From Eledone cirrhosa (taxonomy: Eukaryota), in NCBI GenBank assembly GCA_964016885.1, contig OZ024740.1, positions 386,818,001-386,882,000 on the forward strand: a stretch of DNA of 64,000 nt, written 5' to 3'. The translations under genes and the position numbers were made by a program. Positions 1 to 12,753 of the stretch are shown here, piece by piece. The notes under the pieces are model-generated. The model was given only the letters and a program-made list of their open reading frames with translations. It had not been told where the DNA came from and made no database searches. The stretch's first letter is position 1. Each line of letters opens with the position of its first letter.

Positions 1-3000
1 AGTGATAGAAAGAGTAGAGAGAGAGAAGATAGCTCATTTAAGGTCAATAGGCTGGAGTGTATTGATGAGAGACTTCATATCAATCAATGGAGTGACGTTT
101 TGGTGGATATTGACTATGATGTTTATATGTTTAGCAGCAACACCATCCAAAAAGTGGGAGCAGTACACCATTTGTTGAGTCACACAAGCTGTGTAGAGTG
201 TTGCAGTTAATTGTTATGGGATGAATATTTTCTGGTCCTGAAGATGAAGGTCAGGTTTTGTGATGATCATTATTATATTGAAGTTGAAGGTGTGAGTTTA
301 CAAGAAGTTATCCTCAGTTATGGTGTGGCCTAGTATGTGCAGCAACATTTTGGTGTTGTTTATCCAATGGCATAGCTAGAGTTGGTGTCGTCCCCCAATG
401 CTGCCCCACCTTGCTTCACTTTTGCCTTCACAAAAAGCATAACCCAATATACAATGTAGAAGACCAAATGTGCTGGCTCTAAAATGAGTGCTGTCACGTG
501 TTGACCCCCACCTCACAGCTATATTACTATGTGCAGTACAGAAAAGTGTTTGGAGCTAGTGAGGACTTTTCTGTGTGCATGTATTTTTATTTTGTATGCT
601 TGTATTGAATGGTTTCAGGGCTGGATCAACAAAATATGTCCATACATAGGGCACCAAAAGAGGGGACGGTTACCACAGTTTTTTTTTCAACTGCTGGATT
701 TACCATAGTGCAAATGGTAAATTATATCGGTTTTTCAGAAAAGAAAAATGTTGAAAACTTCTGTGTTTGTATTATTGCTATCAACAGTGGTGGGTTGACA
801 GATTATTTATTCTGGCTCTTTATGTTTTAAGTTCAAATCGCACTGGGGTCAACTTCACCTTTTATTCTTTTGTGTTCGATAAAGTAAGGTACAGGGATCA
901 ATTTAGTCGACTCCCCCTCCCCACAAATTGCTGCTCTTGTGCCTATTTTAGAAACCGTTACTTATTGCTATTTAGTGTTAAATAAATAGGATGGCCTGGA
1001 AAAAAATCTGATTTTTTTTTTTAATTTCACAATCATTATCTATTGTCAGTTAGACAATGATAGAATTGAAGGTGCACTATCGCTAGGCTCTGCTTAGGGC
1101 ATTAGTTGACCTTAATCCGACCCTGTGTCAGAGTGCTAGGAAAGGGAGGGAGATCAATCATGAATCTAATGTACAACATTCTTGTTTTTTTTTCTGCTGG
1201 CCAAATGTTGAATCTGTGAGCGAGCTAAATATGTTAGGGTATCTTTTTGTCTTCTTTATTATCTCTGCTATATGTGTTGTGAGTATTGTAACTTTATTTT
1301 TAATCTTCAATGTGTCGAGGTGTGAGATGTATGGACCTGTAACCTCTGATGGAGTTGTATGGGTGCCGTTGTAATATACAGCATGTCTTGGGCATTTTTA
1401 AACCTGGACGACCCCATCTTCTCTCCAGGTCTGAACAGCCATTTTCTTCCAGAAAGGGTGAGAGAGGAAGTGAGAAAGATATATAGAGAAAGAATTGACC
1501 CCAATATCTGTCTGATAGTTTGTTTTATGATCTTGATAGGAGGAAAAGCAAAGAGTATGTTGTCTGACATTCTAATGACTTGACTGATTCTTCACCCTGG
1601 AGTGTGAGAAAGGGAAATGCAGTTTTGATTTTGCCTCTTTCTCAGCTGGCTTAACATGTTTCAGTGATATAGCAAGGTCTCTCAGTACTTGAAGAGAGGC
1701 ACACTTTTGGTACACCCAAACCACCTTAATTGACAGGTATGATACACTAGAGAAAATTTTGTGCCACACCCTCCATATATTTCACTCATTTTACGCTACA
1801 TAAGCTTTGAGGCTTATGTAGTATGAAATGAGTTCAACCAATAATTAAAACCATCTCATCTGTTTTGAACACTGTGATATATATAACTCAAGCAGATTTT
1901 CCCCCTTAGTCTTCCCCATTGGTTTGTTGTAATCATATGAACATCCTATAGAGGCTAGGCACAAATATATTTTTAGAGGGGAAATTTAGATGTGATATTC
2001 ATGGTTGACATAAGAAGATTGAAATCCTTTCAAACAAACATCAGTCTCAGTTCGCCAATTACATTTTATACAAAGCCCTGTATTATAGATGTAAAGCAGT
2101 AGAACAAAGGAAAACAGCAGATTGCCGTCATCCTTAGTAATGGGTAAAATTCCTAAACTAAAATTTAGTTTCATACTTTTATGGCCTGAGTTCAAATCCC
2201 ACTGCTCAACTTTGCCTTTCCTCTTTACGGAGTTGATAAAATTTCATGTCAGATATAGGGTTTATCTTATTGACTATACTCTATCCCATATGCGAGATTT
2301 TGATGTTATTTATTTTGAGAACAATACCTTAACATCAGTATGAATGGCCAGTTACAGCCAGTTTGAACAGAAAGAAGTGAGGGAATTCTGGCCAGATACG
2401 ACTGGTTTAAATGCTAAAAGGTTAAGGCCAGCTGCCTTATTTAAAATCAATATAGTGAAATAAAGCGGACACATCAGTCATGTATCAGAATATATAATGC
2501 TTTAGACAGGTTATTTTCCTTACTTTATTATTTTGTTAGCTTGTAAAGTCATGGAGTGAAGTAGAGCATCAAACTAAATGCCTCGAAGTATTTGAACAAG
2601 TTATTTTATATGTTATGCTCTATCAAATGGATAGCAGTAATATATTCAGGCTTATACCATAACAAATATGTGACCTGGTGAAAAATTATCATTTTTAGGG
2701 ATTATTTTTATCTATTTTCTTTTGGGGTTATTTATATCTACTAAGGCGGTGGATTAACAGAATTCTTTGAGCATTGGACAAAATGCCCTGTAGTATTTAG
2801 TAAGGTCCCTCTATGTTCTGAAACCAAATCCCACCAAAGTTAGTTTTACCTTTCATCTGTCTGCAAAATTTTCTCAGTGCCTCGGTAAGAAATCAATATT
2901 TATATCTGCATTACCTTTCATTTAGTTTGATCTCCTATCAAAACATTGTGGATGTAGATGTAAATATATATATTTATTTAATCCTTTCTTAAAAATTATA

Positions 3001-3874
3001 ATCTTAATAACATCTCATCTCGAATATTTAATCATCATTTTATTTATGTTTTATAGAAATTACTTTTAGTTTTTGCTTTGTTTTTCTCTGTTGTTTTAGC
3101 TAATCAGTGATGCATAATTATTATGCAGGATTGTTAATCCATTGGGTGTGAAAAGAAAAAATTTGAACAGTGAAAGCTCGTGAGCTGAGATCATGATCTT
3201 ATTTTCCATTCATTGATGAATTTAATTAATCTAATTCAAGTTGCAAATGACCTATATGTTCTCCTCTAAAATACATACAGTATTGTGCTTGTATGAGAAA
3301 CTATGATTATAAAATAGGTAATTTATTTGTTGCACTTAAGCAAAAACTAAACAGATGAGGGCTATAGCTTAGAAACTCAGAAATGCTACTTTGATTCACA
3401 GTTGACACCATCTAACTTCAGTTGCATATCTAAAAGATTACAGACGGGCTGGATTAACCATTAGGCAAAATGAACACAACATTACGCCATCAAGGGAAGA
3501 GGGACACAATTTTATTCAGATTAATTGTGTTTGTTATTAAAAAAAATTGTTTTTTGATAACTTTATATATGGGGTAGGGGAGTACTGTAATCTTTTAAGT
3601 ACTTAAAACCTCAAAAGGACTTAATCTGATTCTGTTTGCATAACATTTTTACAGCTCTATATATTGGAGACCTTGTGCTTATCTCAGCAATCAATACTTT
3701 TAAGGTAGCCTGAAACTTTCTCTTTTCCTGTAAGATTAATATCAAAAATCAATAAAACTGTAGAGTAGCAGAAAACGTTGAGCATTGAGTTACATTGAGT
3801 TACATTTCTTTTACATTCTGAACTCGAATCTTACCAGTGTCACTTTGCTTTTTAGCCCTTCATAGTCTTTTTCT

Positions 3875-4212
3875 TCTTCTTGCCTACTTATTCCTGAGAG
3901 GGTCATGGGGGCAGAGTCCTCAAACACTCCTTCTAGCAAGTTCGGTCAGAAGCAACCATTTCCAACTGAACCAGCTGAATCCCCAAGTGAGACCAGCCAA
4001 GTTCATGGATGTTATCCAACCATATTGCTCAGGGTCTAACCCTAGGTCTCTTGCCAGTTGGTTTTGCACGTAAAATCTGTCCAGTGATTCTTTCTTGAGA
4101 TGTTCTAACCACATGCCATAGTATCGGAGCTGTAATCTCTCAATTTGGAGAAGTAGCGGCTCTACCTGGAGTAACTCTCTGATCTCTGAGTTACACACTT
4201 TATCGAGTAATG
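3875..4212 (-). mobile_element. Old RTE-type LINE 3' relic
   Basis: NSEIRELLQVEPLLLQIER.QLRYYG, similar to RTE C-termini. Confidence 0.6.
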
Positions 4213-4417
4213 TAAGATTACACAATTCGGGAGAAGAATATAAGCTATTGAAATTATTCTAATACATGACTTGTAATTTACTGACTATAGAGGGAGGAAT
4301 CCCATTTTGCGATTACTTCACGAAATGGGATTCCTCCCTTCATAGTCAATAAATTACAAGTCATATATTAGAATAATTTCAATAGCTTATATTCCTCTCC
4401 TGAACTTTGTAATCTTA
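4213..4417. repeat. Near-perfect palindrome, ~98-bp arms
   Basis: taagattacac...gaggaatcccattt / aaatgggattcctc...gtaatctta. Confidence 0.9.
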
Positions 4418-4448
4418 TGCCAAACACAGTTAATATTACCAATTACTT

Positions 4449-4720
4449 GTAAAGACCCCCTTTGATCATAAATGACCATGGGATTTGCACCTAGAAAGTT
4501 TCCCTCCGAGGCACAAGTCCAAGCAAGGTTGTTTGTGGAAAACCAGCAGTTGCCCATGCATACCAACCTCCCCTCTTCACACAACCAATGTTGTTCAAGG
4601 GAAAGGCAATGGCTGATACAGCTTGGCACCAGTCACATCGCAATTCATTTCTACAGCTAAGTAAACTGGAGCAACATGAAATAAATTGTCTTGTTCAAGG
4701 ACACAATGCATCACCCAGTC
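4449..4720 (-). mobile_element. SINE family C, head-truncated
   Basis: Reverse complement of 4920-5190. Confidence 0.8.
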
Positions 4721-4854
4721 AGTAGAGCCACTACCATTGACAGTTATTCTGTAAAACTACAAAATTATTTTTATTTTACTTGGGAAAATTAATCCAAAAT
4801 ATATAACTGGGAATCTGAACTAAATCAAGAAATTGGTTAACTTGTATGTATGAA

Positions 4855-5190
4855 AGTACATAGATTAGTGGTTAGAGCATTGGGCTTGCAATCGGAAGGT
4901 TGTGAGTTCGATTCTTGGACCAGGTAATGCATTGTGTCCTTGAGCAAGACACTTTATTTCATGTTGCTCCAGTTTACTCAACTGTAGAAATGAGTTAAGA
5001 CGTCACTGGTGCCAAGCTGCATTGGCCTTTGCCTTTTTCTTGGACAACATTGGTGGCATGGAGAGGGAAGACTGGTATGAATGAGCATCTGCTGGTCTTC
5101 CACAAACAACCTTGCCCAGACATGTGCCTCAGAAGGGAACTTTCTAAGTACAAATCCCATGATCATTTGTGACCAAAAGTGGTCTTTACA
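4855..5190 (+). mobile_element. tRNA-headed SINE family C (same head as family B, different tail)
   Basis: TAGTGGTTAGAGC...GAGTTCGATTC head and gtgtccttgagcaagacacttt core. Confidence 0.82.
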
Positions 5191-5229
5191 TAAGGACCTT
5201 TAACTATTGATGGAGTTGAGGAGCACCAT

Positions 5230-5950
5230 ATCAACATAGGTCATGAAATTTGGCACCCACAGAAAGTAAGCAACACTTTGAGAATTGATCTGATTGATTA
5301 AAAAGAGAGTTGAAAGTGTCTCTTAAATATAAGTTGTCCCAGACTCTCAGCTTCAATCTATTCTGCTCTACATCACGAACTGACAAACTCCCCTTTGGAG
5401 CTAGACCATGTTGAAAAGAAGAGTAAATTACCCACCAGAGCATGGATAGAAGACAGAAAGCAGGGAAGTGACAGAAATGAGCATTTACATAGACCTAAGC
5501 CCCCAAACCATTTGGGAAATGCAGCCTGGTCACAGAACTCTGGAGAAAATTTGACATTGATTAAGCATTCAAGTTTCCTGAAGATTATGTTGTCAAAACA
5601 TTGCAGATGTGACAAGAATCTATATAAAGCATATACAATCACTTTAGAATTGATAGGAAATTCTTAAGTATAAAAATATAAGGCTCCTATACATCAATGT
5701 TTTGGAATAACTGCTCAAGGTTTGCCATCTTAGAGAGAAAGGAGGGCTGAAAGGCTAAGTCAGTAATTGAGGCTCCTTGATAGTTTAGAAGACTTTTAGT
5801 TTGAACCTCAGTTATGCCCACACAGCTCCTGTGATATCTTCTGCAGCACAAGTGGCATTTGATCATTTTCAAATTGTGAATTGATGGCAACTGGCTCAAA
5901 AGAAGATATTGATTAGCCTGCTCTGTTGCAAGCATTCAGACCAGGTCTTT
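5230..5950 (-). mobile_element. CRE/MoTeR-like non-LTR retrotransposon relic
   Basis: QAAFPKWFGGLGL...SLPCFLSS resembles the CRE RT motif QA.LP.R.GGLG...A.PAFL.S. An upstream segment IKCHLCCRRYHRSCVG is PHD-like. Confidence 0.55.
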
Positions 5951-6925
5951 GGTCTGAAGACAACTTTCTCCCTATCACCCACCATTCTTGGATACCTAGA
6001 GAAAGGGCATGTAGGCTGTTTTTCCTCCTTTGAATTAAAAGAAAACGTCTTTACACTTAAAATCGAAATCCATAGCATATTTGACTGACCACCAACTACT
6101 AATGCTTTTTTTACTCAATATAGAGTTAGGAAGGGCATCCTGCCGTAGAAAACCAGCCAGAAACACCCCTATAAGAGCGAGACGTGATCACCTGACCCAA
6201 CTTGCCTCTAAATGGGACACATCTAACCCATGCTAGCGTGGAAGATGGACGTTAATCGATGATGATGATGATGATGATGATGATAGAGCTTTGTAGGGCA
6301 TGAGATATATTTTATATTAATCTTTTTGACACCAAGTCACCTGAAACCACCTATAGTTCTATGATACAAAACTGCTTATTTTAAAGCATATATATATATA
6401 TATAATTTTATGTAAGAACCTTTGTTAAGTTATGTTCCAATTAGAAGATTAATAATGAGAAAATTAGAGTTATTGTTTTGGGAAACTGCTTGTTTAAATA
6501 CTAAGTTGGAGCGATGTGACATAAATTAAATATCAAGTCACTGGGATCTAATCACATTTCTAGAGTGCCCATCACACAGTAAACATATACATATAGTATC
6601 TTTCCCTTTATTATACATGTGGGGCTGGAACCTTGCCGGAAGTATAATGGCCAGTAATGTCATGGGGTTGGAGGGCTTTGCTGGAAGTAGCAGGGCACAG
6701 TGATATCATGGAATAGGGAGGCAGTGTTGTGAACTTTTCTCACTCTCTTGGTCAATAATTGTAGGGGAAGGAGGTTGTGGTTTCTTTGTTCTGTATGTAG
6801 GGGTTAGATGAGGATATTTACTGGCAATAGGGTAGAGTTGAGCTGGGCACTTAAGGACCATGGATATACCACATTCTGAAGAATATTAGTCGGTGAACTA
6901 CATTTTCTCCCCTTGTACTTCAATA

Positions 6926-7104
6926 TAATTGTTTCTACTTTAGGCACAAGGCCAGCAATTACCCAGTGCATTACTAGTACTTTATGTTATCGACCCCGTA
7001 AGGATGAAAGGCAAAGTCAACCTCGGTGGGATTTGAACTCAGATGTAAAAAGACGTAACTATGCTGGAAAGCATGGCGTCCGACCCTCTACCGATACTGC
7101 CAAT
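6926..7104 (-). mobile_element. tRNA-headed SINE family A
   Basis: Shares the gttcaaatccc..cgagg..actttgcctttcatcc..ggggtcgataa core with the other copies. Confidence 0.8.
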
Positions 7105-7300
7105 AATATTTATTGTTCAGCATAGATGGCAAACAGTATGATATATGTATCAGTTATAAGTCTGATAAAGATTCATTGCATGTGTATAAGGGTTTTATCA
7201 ACATTTATGTTCTACCGATATTGCCAGATTGTTTTTGAATGTCATATTTAAAATGTTGTGTATAAATATACACATCGGGTAATATTCTCTAGTGTTGCTG

Positions 7301-8380
7301 TAGTGGGATCACAGGTAAGCTAACTAAGAATATAGATTTTATATGTGGCCAGTGCTCTGGTCCAATAAGTAGCAGCAAGTGCCCACAGAATACTAGCTCA
7401 TTCCATTGCACAGATGGTTCTATAGAAATAGTGGACACCTTCCGTTACCTGGGTGACAAAATCAGCAGTGGGGAGGGTGCTCTGAAAGTACAGTAGCTAA
7501 AGTCAGAACGGGATGGGAAAAGTTCAGAGAGCTTATACCACTATTGGCCGCTAAAGGGTTCTCTCTAAAAATGAAAGGCAGGCTGTATGATGCCTGCATA
7601 CGAACAGCAATGCTACATGGCAGTCAGACCTGGGCATTGTGTGCAGAGGATATACGAAGACTGGAGAGGAACGAAGCTTGCATGCTCCGCTGGATCTGTA
7701 ATAGTAATATACGTGAACGGCAAAGCATAAACGAACTAAGGGAGAAATTAGGAATAAGAGGGATCAGATGTTGTTTACTCGAGAGAAGACTACGTTGGTA
7801 CGGTCACGTGATGCGCATGAAAGACAACAGCTGTATAAAAAAGTGCAGGGCGATAAAAATAGACGGTAGCCACGGAGTATGCAGACCCAGAAAAACCTGG
7901 GACGACTTGATAAATTCCGACCTCACACACTTACACCTCTCCAAGACAATGTCACTGGACCGAGATCTTTGGCGCTACACAGTAATACAGAAGACCCGCC
8001 TTGCCTAAGTACAAAGCAAAACCTACAGTCAGTAGGCACCTCTAACAAAAATACACCCCTATCCCACTACCCCCACCCCATCCACACCACCCCATTCAAT
8101 GTGAAGTTATGTTGGTACCACAACATCCAGTCCGAAACAAATGAGGTCGTGTAGGTGTCACAACAAAAAAACACACAGTCCACACTGTAATGTAGCCGTC
8201 CGTGTAGGTAACACGGTAAAAACCTCCCAGTTCCACACTGTAAACGTGGTTGGTGTTATGAAGGGCATCCAGCTGTAGAAAACCCGCCAGACAGTCCTAT
8301 ACGAGCAGGACAACCAATCTTGCCTCAAGTGGGAAAACTCCCGTCCAAACCCATGCAAGCGTAGAAGATGGACGTTAAAC

Positions 8381-8408
<28 letters not shown>
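7301..8408 (+). mobile_element. 5'-truncated RTE LINE, subfamily A
   Basis: ORF 7544-8008 is the RTE C-terminus, followed by a ~400-bp 3' UTR and (GAT)n tail. Confidence 0.93.
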
Positions 8409-8411
<3 letters not shown>

Positions 8412-9052
8412 TTTATCTTGTTAAACGGCTGATCAACTAATTGACAGAATGTTCCAGTAATGGGATAAATGTTTCCTTCTAGTCTTAGTTTTGACATCAA
8501 ATCGAAAGAAAACATTTACATATCTGATTTATTACTTATATCATATGTTATTCCTTAGCCTGCACATGTGATCTATTCTTGACAATAGATTAAAATAGAG
8601 AATATCGTATGATATTGGGTGACACATAGCACCTTTGTTTAAACAATATCTTCAAGCTCCAGTTGACTCACGCATGGGAATTTTAATTCAGTACAACAAT
8701 AATCAGTTACATAAGTTTCTTGTAGTTTGACAAATTGACAAATAGGTTAGAGTATGAGACTAAATCCTCTGAGTTCAAATCCCACCAAAGTCAACATTGC
8801 CTTTCATCCTTTTGTGATTGGAAAATAAAGTACCAGTCTAGGGCTGGTGGAGTGGCAGAATTGTTAAAGAATCAGACAAGATGCTTTGTAATATCTGATT
8901 CAGCTTTGTACATTTCCGAGTTCAAATCTCACCTTCAGCAGATAGTATCAGCAATAGACGGACCAATAATTTCCTTTTTCTAATCTGACACCATTCGCTC
9001 CTTTCTTTTCTTTGCCTAATGTTTGTTGCTGCTTATGTGGCTACACATAGTA

Positions 9053-10176
9053 CAGGGTTGCTCAGTTCTTTGAAGACATTTGTATGGATTTAGTAAAAGA
9101 CTCGTAAGTCATGAAAGAAGAGCTTTATTAGAGAAAACATTAGCATGAATAATCTTGAGACTCTTCTTGACACACTTACTTAATGAATCCACCATTAGCA
9201 TCAATGACTGCTTCACTACAAGGTATGAAACATTGACATGTCCGAATCAGATAATCTTTATCTATTTTGGACATTCTGCTAGTTATGGTGGACTTCAGAA
9301 ATTTCATAGTGTTATGGGGGCATTGATTAACTTTCTTCTAAACTATGTCCCATACATAGTAGTCCAACAGATTCAGATCTGGAGAGTTAAGCGGTCTGAT
9401 GGTTGGGGTGACATAATGGGGAGATTGTAAGTCATTCGCTTTTGGATTGTCTTCACCTTATAAGACAGTGCAGGGTCTTGTTGTTAGATGACTTCCTGAT
9501 CCATCACAGTTGCTGGAAATTTTGTATACATAACTATTGGAACAACTTTAGGATCTCTGCATAACCATCTGTCATTTTTTCCATTGACTTTTTGGTCCTG
9601 ATCAAAGTTTTTCTCATCAGAGAAAAATCAAAGCATTCTAGGCTCTTGATGTTTCAATTTGCGCAACAAGCACTTTGCACAGATCAAATGATTATCTTTT
9701 GTCTTTGCAGACATAAATTGGCCTTTCAGTATCACATATGATTTGTATTGAATGTCCTCATGCATAATTCTTCCAACAATATACTTTGGAACCTTGAGCT
9801 CTTTAGCAATGGTGCTAATTGATTTTCTGGGATTCTTATCGATAATTGTCTGAACATTTTGTACAAATTTGGGTGTTCTGATAATATTAGGACCCTTAGC
9901 AGGCATTTTACATTTGACTATTGCTGTAGACTCCCCATCAGTGGCTGCCAGAGCTTTGTGGACTTTGACATCAAACGACCGTGAAACTTTCAGGAAGCAA
10001 GCAATCTCTAAATCATTATCCTCTGCCTTTAAGGCAATGATTACAGTGTCTTACAGTTACATTTACTGAGTTAGCTTGATGTCTATCATCATTTATCTGA
10101 AAAGAAATGATAATCAGAAGTTAGAAAAAAGTTAGAGCTATTAAAAGACATCTCCTTAAAGAACTGAGCACCCCTG
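9053..10176 (-). mobile_element. Decayed Tc1/mariner (maT/DD37D-like) transposon
   Basis: TIRs cagggttgctcagttcttt / aaagaactgagcacccctg with TA on both sides. Transposase remnants include the HTH (NPRKSISTIAKEL), FSDEK and NSPDLNLLDYYVW. Confidence 0.88.
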
Positions 10177-10441
10177 TACCTATTTATAAAAAGATGATTT
10201 TGGCACATCTGAAACAGCATAACATCAGTAAGAACATAAGAAGCTATTATTATCTGACCAGACCAGTAAGAACATAAGAAGCTATTATTATCTGACCAGA
10301 CCTGACCTGACCATAGGGAAGACAAGGTGGACAAGTTGACCTATGATTTTGAAGGGGTCTTCTTCTCTTGTCAAGTCATCTCCTTTTGAAGGTGAAGCAT
10401 TCATTTTGCTTTTTCTAATGGCTGGAATATATGAACATCCA

Positions 10442-10632
10442 CGCCATCGATGTTGTCCAAGGGAAAGGCAGTGGCCGATACAGCTTGGTACTAGTCACAT
10501 TGCAACACATTTCTACAGCTGAGTAAACTGGAACAACATGAAATAAAGGGTCTTGCTCAAGGACACAACACATCACCCAGTTCAGGAATCGAACTCACAA
10601 CATCCTGATTGCAAGCCCAATGCTCTAACAAC
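10442..10632 (-). mobile_element. SINE family C, partial
   Basis: Head and core match 4860-5050. Confidence 0.75.
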
Positions 10633-11169
10633 TATTTGCCTCAAATTCCAGTTCTTTTATTCTGTTTGATATGCAGTTGCCTTGACAAAGGTAATTAATC
10701 AACTTCTTTAAGGTGGTATGTACTGGTGGTGATAGCAGTGGCTATGCTTTCTGCAACTGCCTAGAACATTTTGTCATGGTGCCAACAATAGAAAACCTCT
10801 CCTAAAGCTTTTGGACAACTACTGAGGGAATATCTTAAAGTAATGGGATAAATATTTCCTTATAGTCTTAGTTTTGACATCAAATGGAAAGAAAACATTT
10901 ACATATTTGATTTATTACTTATATCATATACTATTCTGTATCCTGCCCAAGTGACCCACTCTTGACAGTAGATAAAAGTAGAGAATATCGTAAGATACTG
11001 TTAAGAAACTTCTCAAGTTCCGGGTCACTCCCACATGGAAATTTGAATTCAGCACAATATTTGATTATACCAATTTCCTGTTGCTGGTCATAGTGACAAC
11101 AGTAGAAGCCTTCTCCAAGAGCTTTTGTACAATTACTGAGGAGATCTTTTAAAGAACCTCTTTTAGAGC

Positions 11170-12050
11170 AGAACAGACAGGAAAGTGTTTTGCTCTTGCC
11201 TCAGATGTTTACATATCTGGAATTGTAAACTGCCTGCATAAAGAACTGGCCGCACAGGAAGTTTACTAGCGTGATGATTAACCTAGTAATACTGCACTGC
11301 AGTACAATTTCCCACCACATCCATGCCTCTTGATGCTTATGTCTCACTATCCTGTTTAGTTGCTTACTTTCACACTTGCTCAAACCTCTTTCTAGATAAG
11401 AGTATGTCTCTCATGGTTCTTTGGAAGGTATCCCAAACCTGCTTTGCCAGTTGCCTTGATATCCACCAGCTCTTTTTACCTTAGGCATAGTTCTGTCACA
11501 TACATTGCTTCCACTGCTCTCTGCACCACCCTACCCCATTTTCATGAAATATTTAAACATGATTCTCTTCCAGGAAGATTTTTATTGTGGAACAAAACAC
11601 ATTTTAAAATGCATTAGTCTGTCACAAAACTATGCTCAGGAGCAAGCACAAAAACATTGTCATTGTCTACTCAAAAGATTAAATGTAAGAAGCCCTGAAA
11701 GATGTGTGGGAGGAAATTCTCACCTTTGAGTGAGGTAAATCTGCAGTACCATATGTATCATTTTTGAAAGTGAAAATACAGCCTCAAAACAGGCAGAAAT
11801 TGTGAAGCACATGCCTGTCCATACACTTGTGCTCCAGTATTTAGGGCAGAGAAATACAAGAATGATTGAGTCAGCAGTGCTGAGAACAATGTTGACCTTT
11901 GGTTTGTTGTCACCTTTGTACTGCAATATGAAGGGGTTATTAGTGCACAACTGACAAAGAGTGATATGTGGTTATGAAGGTTGAAGATAGACTTACAAGT
12001 CCTAATGACTGTCAAATACTACAGGATCATAATGCTTTTTGTCTTGTCAC
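11170..12050 (-). mobile_element. Highly decayed LINE relic, probably RTE/BovB-like
   Basis: Fragmentary RT C-terminal-like peptides across frames; weak. Confidence 0.35.
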
Positions 12051-12469
12051 ATGCACTAGACAAAATATCTTGTGACATTTAGTTGAAATTGACTTTGCCT
12101 TTTATCCTTCCAAGGGTGATAATATTATGTACCAGTCAAATACTTGGGTCGATATGACCAGTAGTACCCAAACTTATTTTATCATAAAACGCGTATAGGT
12201 TTGTTTTTTTAAGCATGGAACCCATACCTATACTTTATGGACAATTCCCAAATTGAAACCAAATTTGTTTAAGAGAGTGAATTTATTTATACAATATATA
12301 TATATAATTATATGTATGTGTGTGTGTGTGTATATAAGCAAAGAGTTATTTAATTTGTTGGTTATTCAACAAATTTATTTATAACAGATTCGAAGCACTC
12401 TACAGGATTTTTCTGGAGTCTAATATCAATAATATTAATAAATGGAAACTATCTTTCTAAAACCATATT

Positions 12470-12530
12470 TATTTTATTATATATATTTCAAAGGTACCAA
12501 AATTTTGGTACGCTCTCATCAGATAAAATA
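12470..12530 (-). ncRNA. Minimal type-I hammerhead ribozyme motif, inverted partner of 12635-12695
   Basis: Same architecture on the minus strand; stem II GUACCAA-AAUU-UUGGUAC. Confidence 0.65.
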
Positions 12531-12634
12531 CAAAAGTTGTTTTATAAATAGTGACATATCTAAAAATTAAAACAGAACTTAAAACAAAAAGTTCTTGTTT
12601 TTTGGATATGTCACTATTTATAAAACAACTTTTG

Positions 12635-12695
12635 TATTTTATCTGATGAGGGTGAACCAAAATGTTGGTACCCTTGAAATATATATAATAAAATA
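12635..12695 (+). ncRNA. Minimal type-I hammerhead ribozyme motif
   Basis: UAUUUUAU-CUGAUGA-stem II-GAAA-U-AUAU-A-UA-AUAAAAUA. Perfect 8-bp stem I; the base of stem II is imperfect. Confidence 0.65.
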
Positions 12696-12753
12696 AATAT
12701 GGTTTTAGAAAGATAGTTTCTATTTATTAATATTATTGATATATATATATATA

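Larger units (their letters stand above)
12423..12742. repeat. Long inverted repeat (~145-bp arms) carrying hammerhead motifs
   Basis: Arms read as reverse complements by eye. Confidence 0.9.

Noticed and set aside
100-1790. Possible decayed retroelement coding remnants and short ORFs
   Set aside because: No motif I can assign with confidence.
3095-3195. Possible exon or C/D snoRNA after a polypyrimidine tract
   Set aside because: Stops in all frames after the first AG, imperfect C box and no partner exons.
4855-4925. tRNA-like sequences here and at other SINE heads
   Set aside because: A/B boxes are present but there is no complete cloverleaf, and they continue into SINE bodies.
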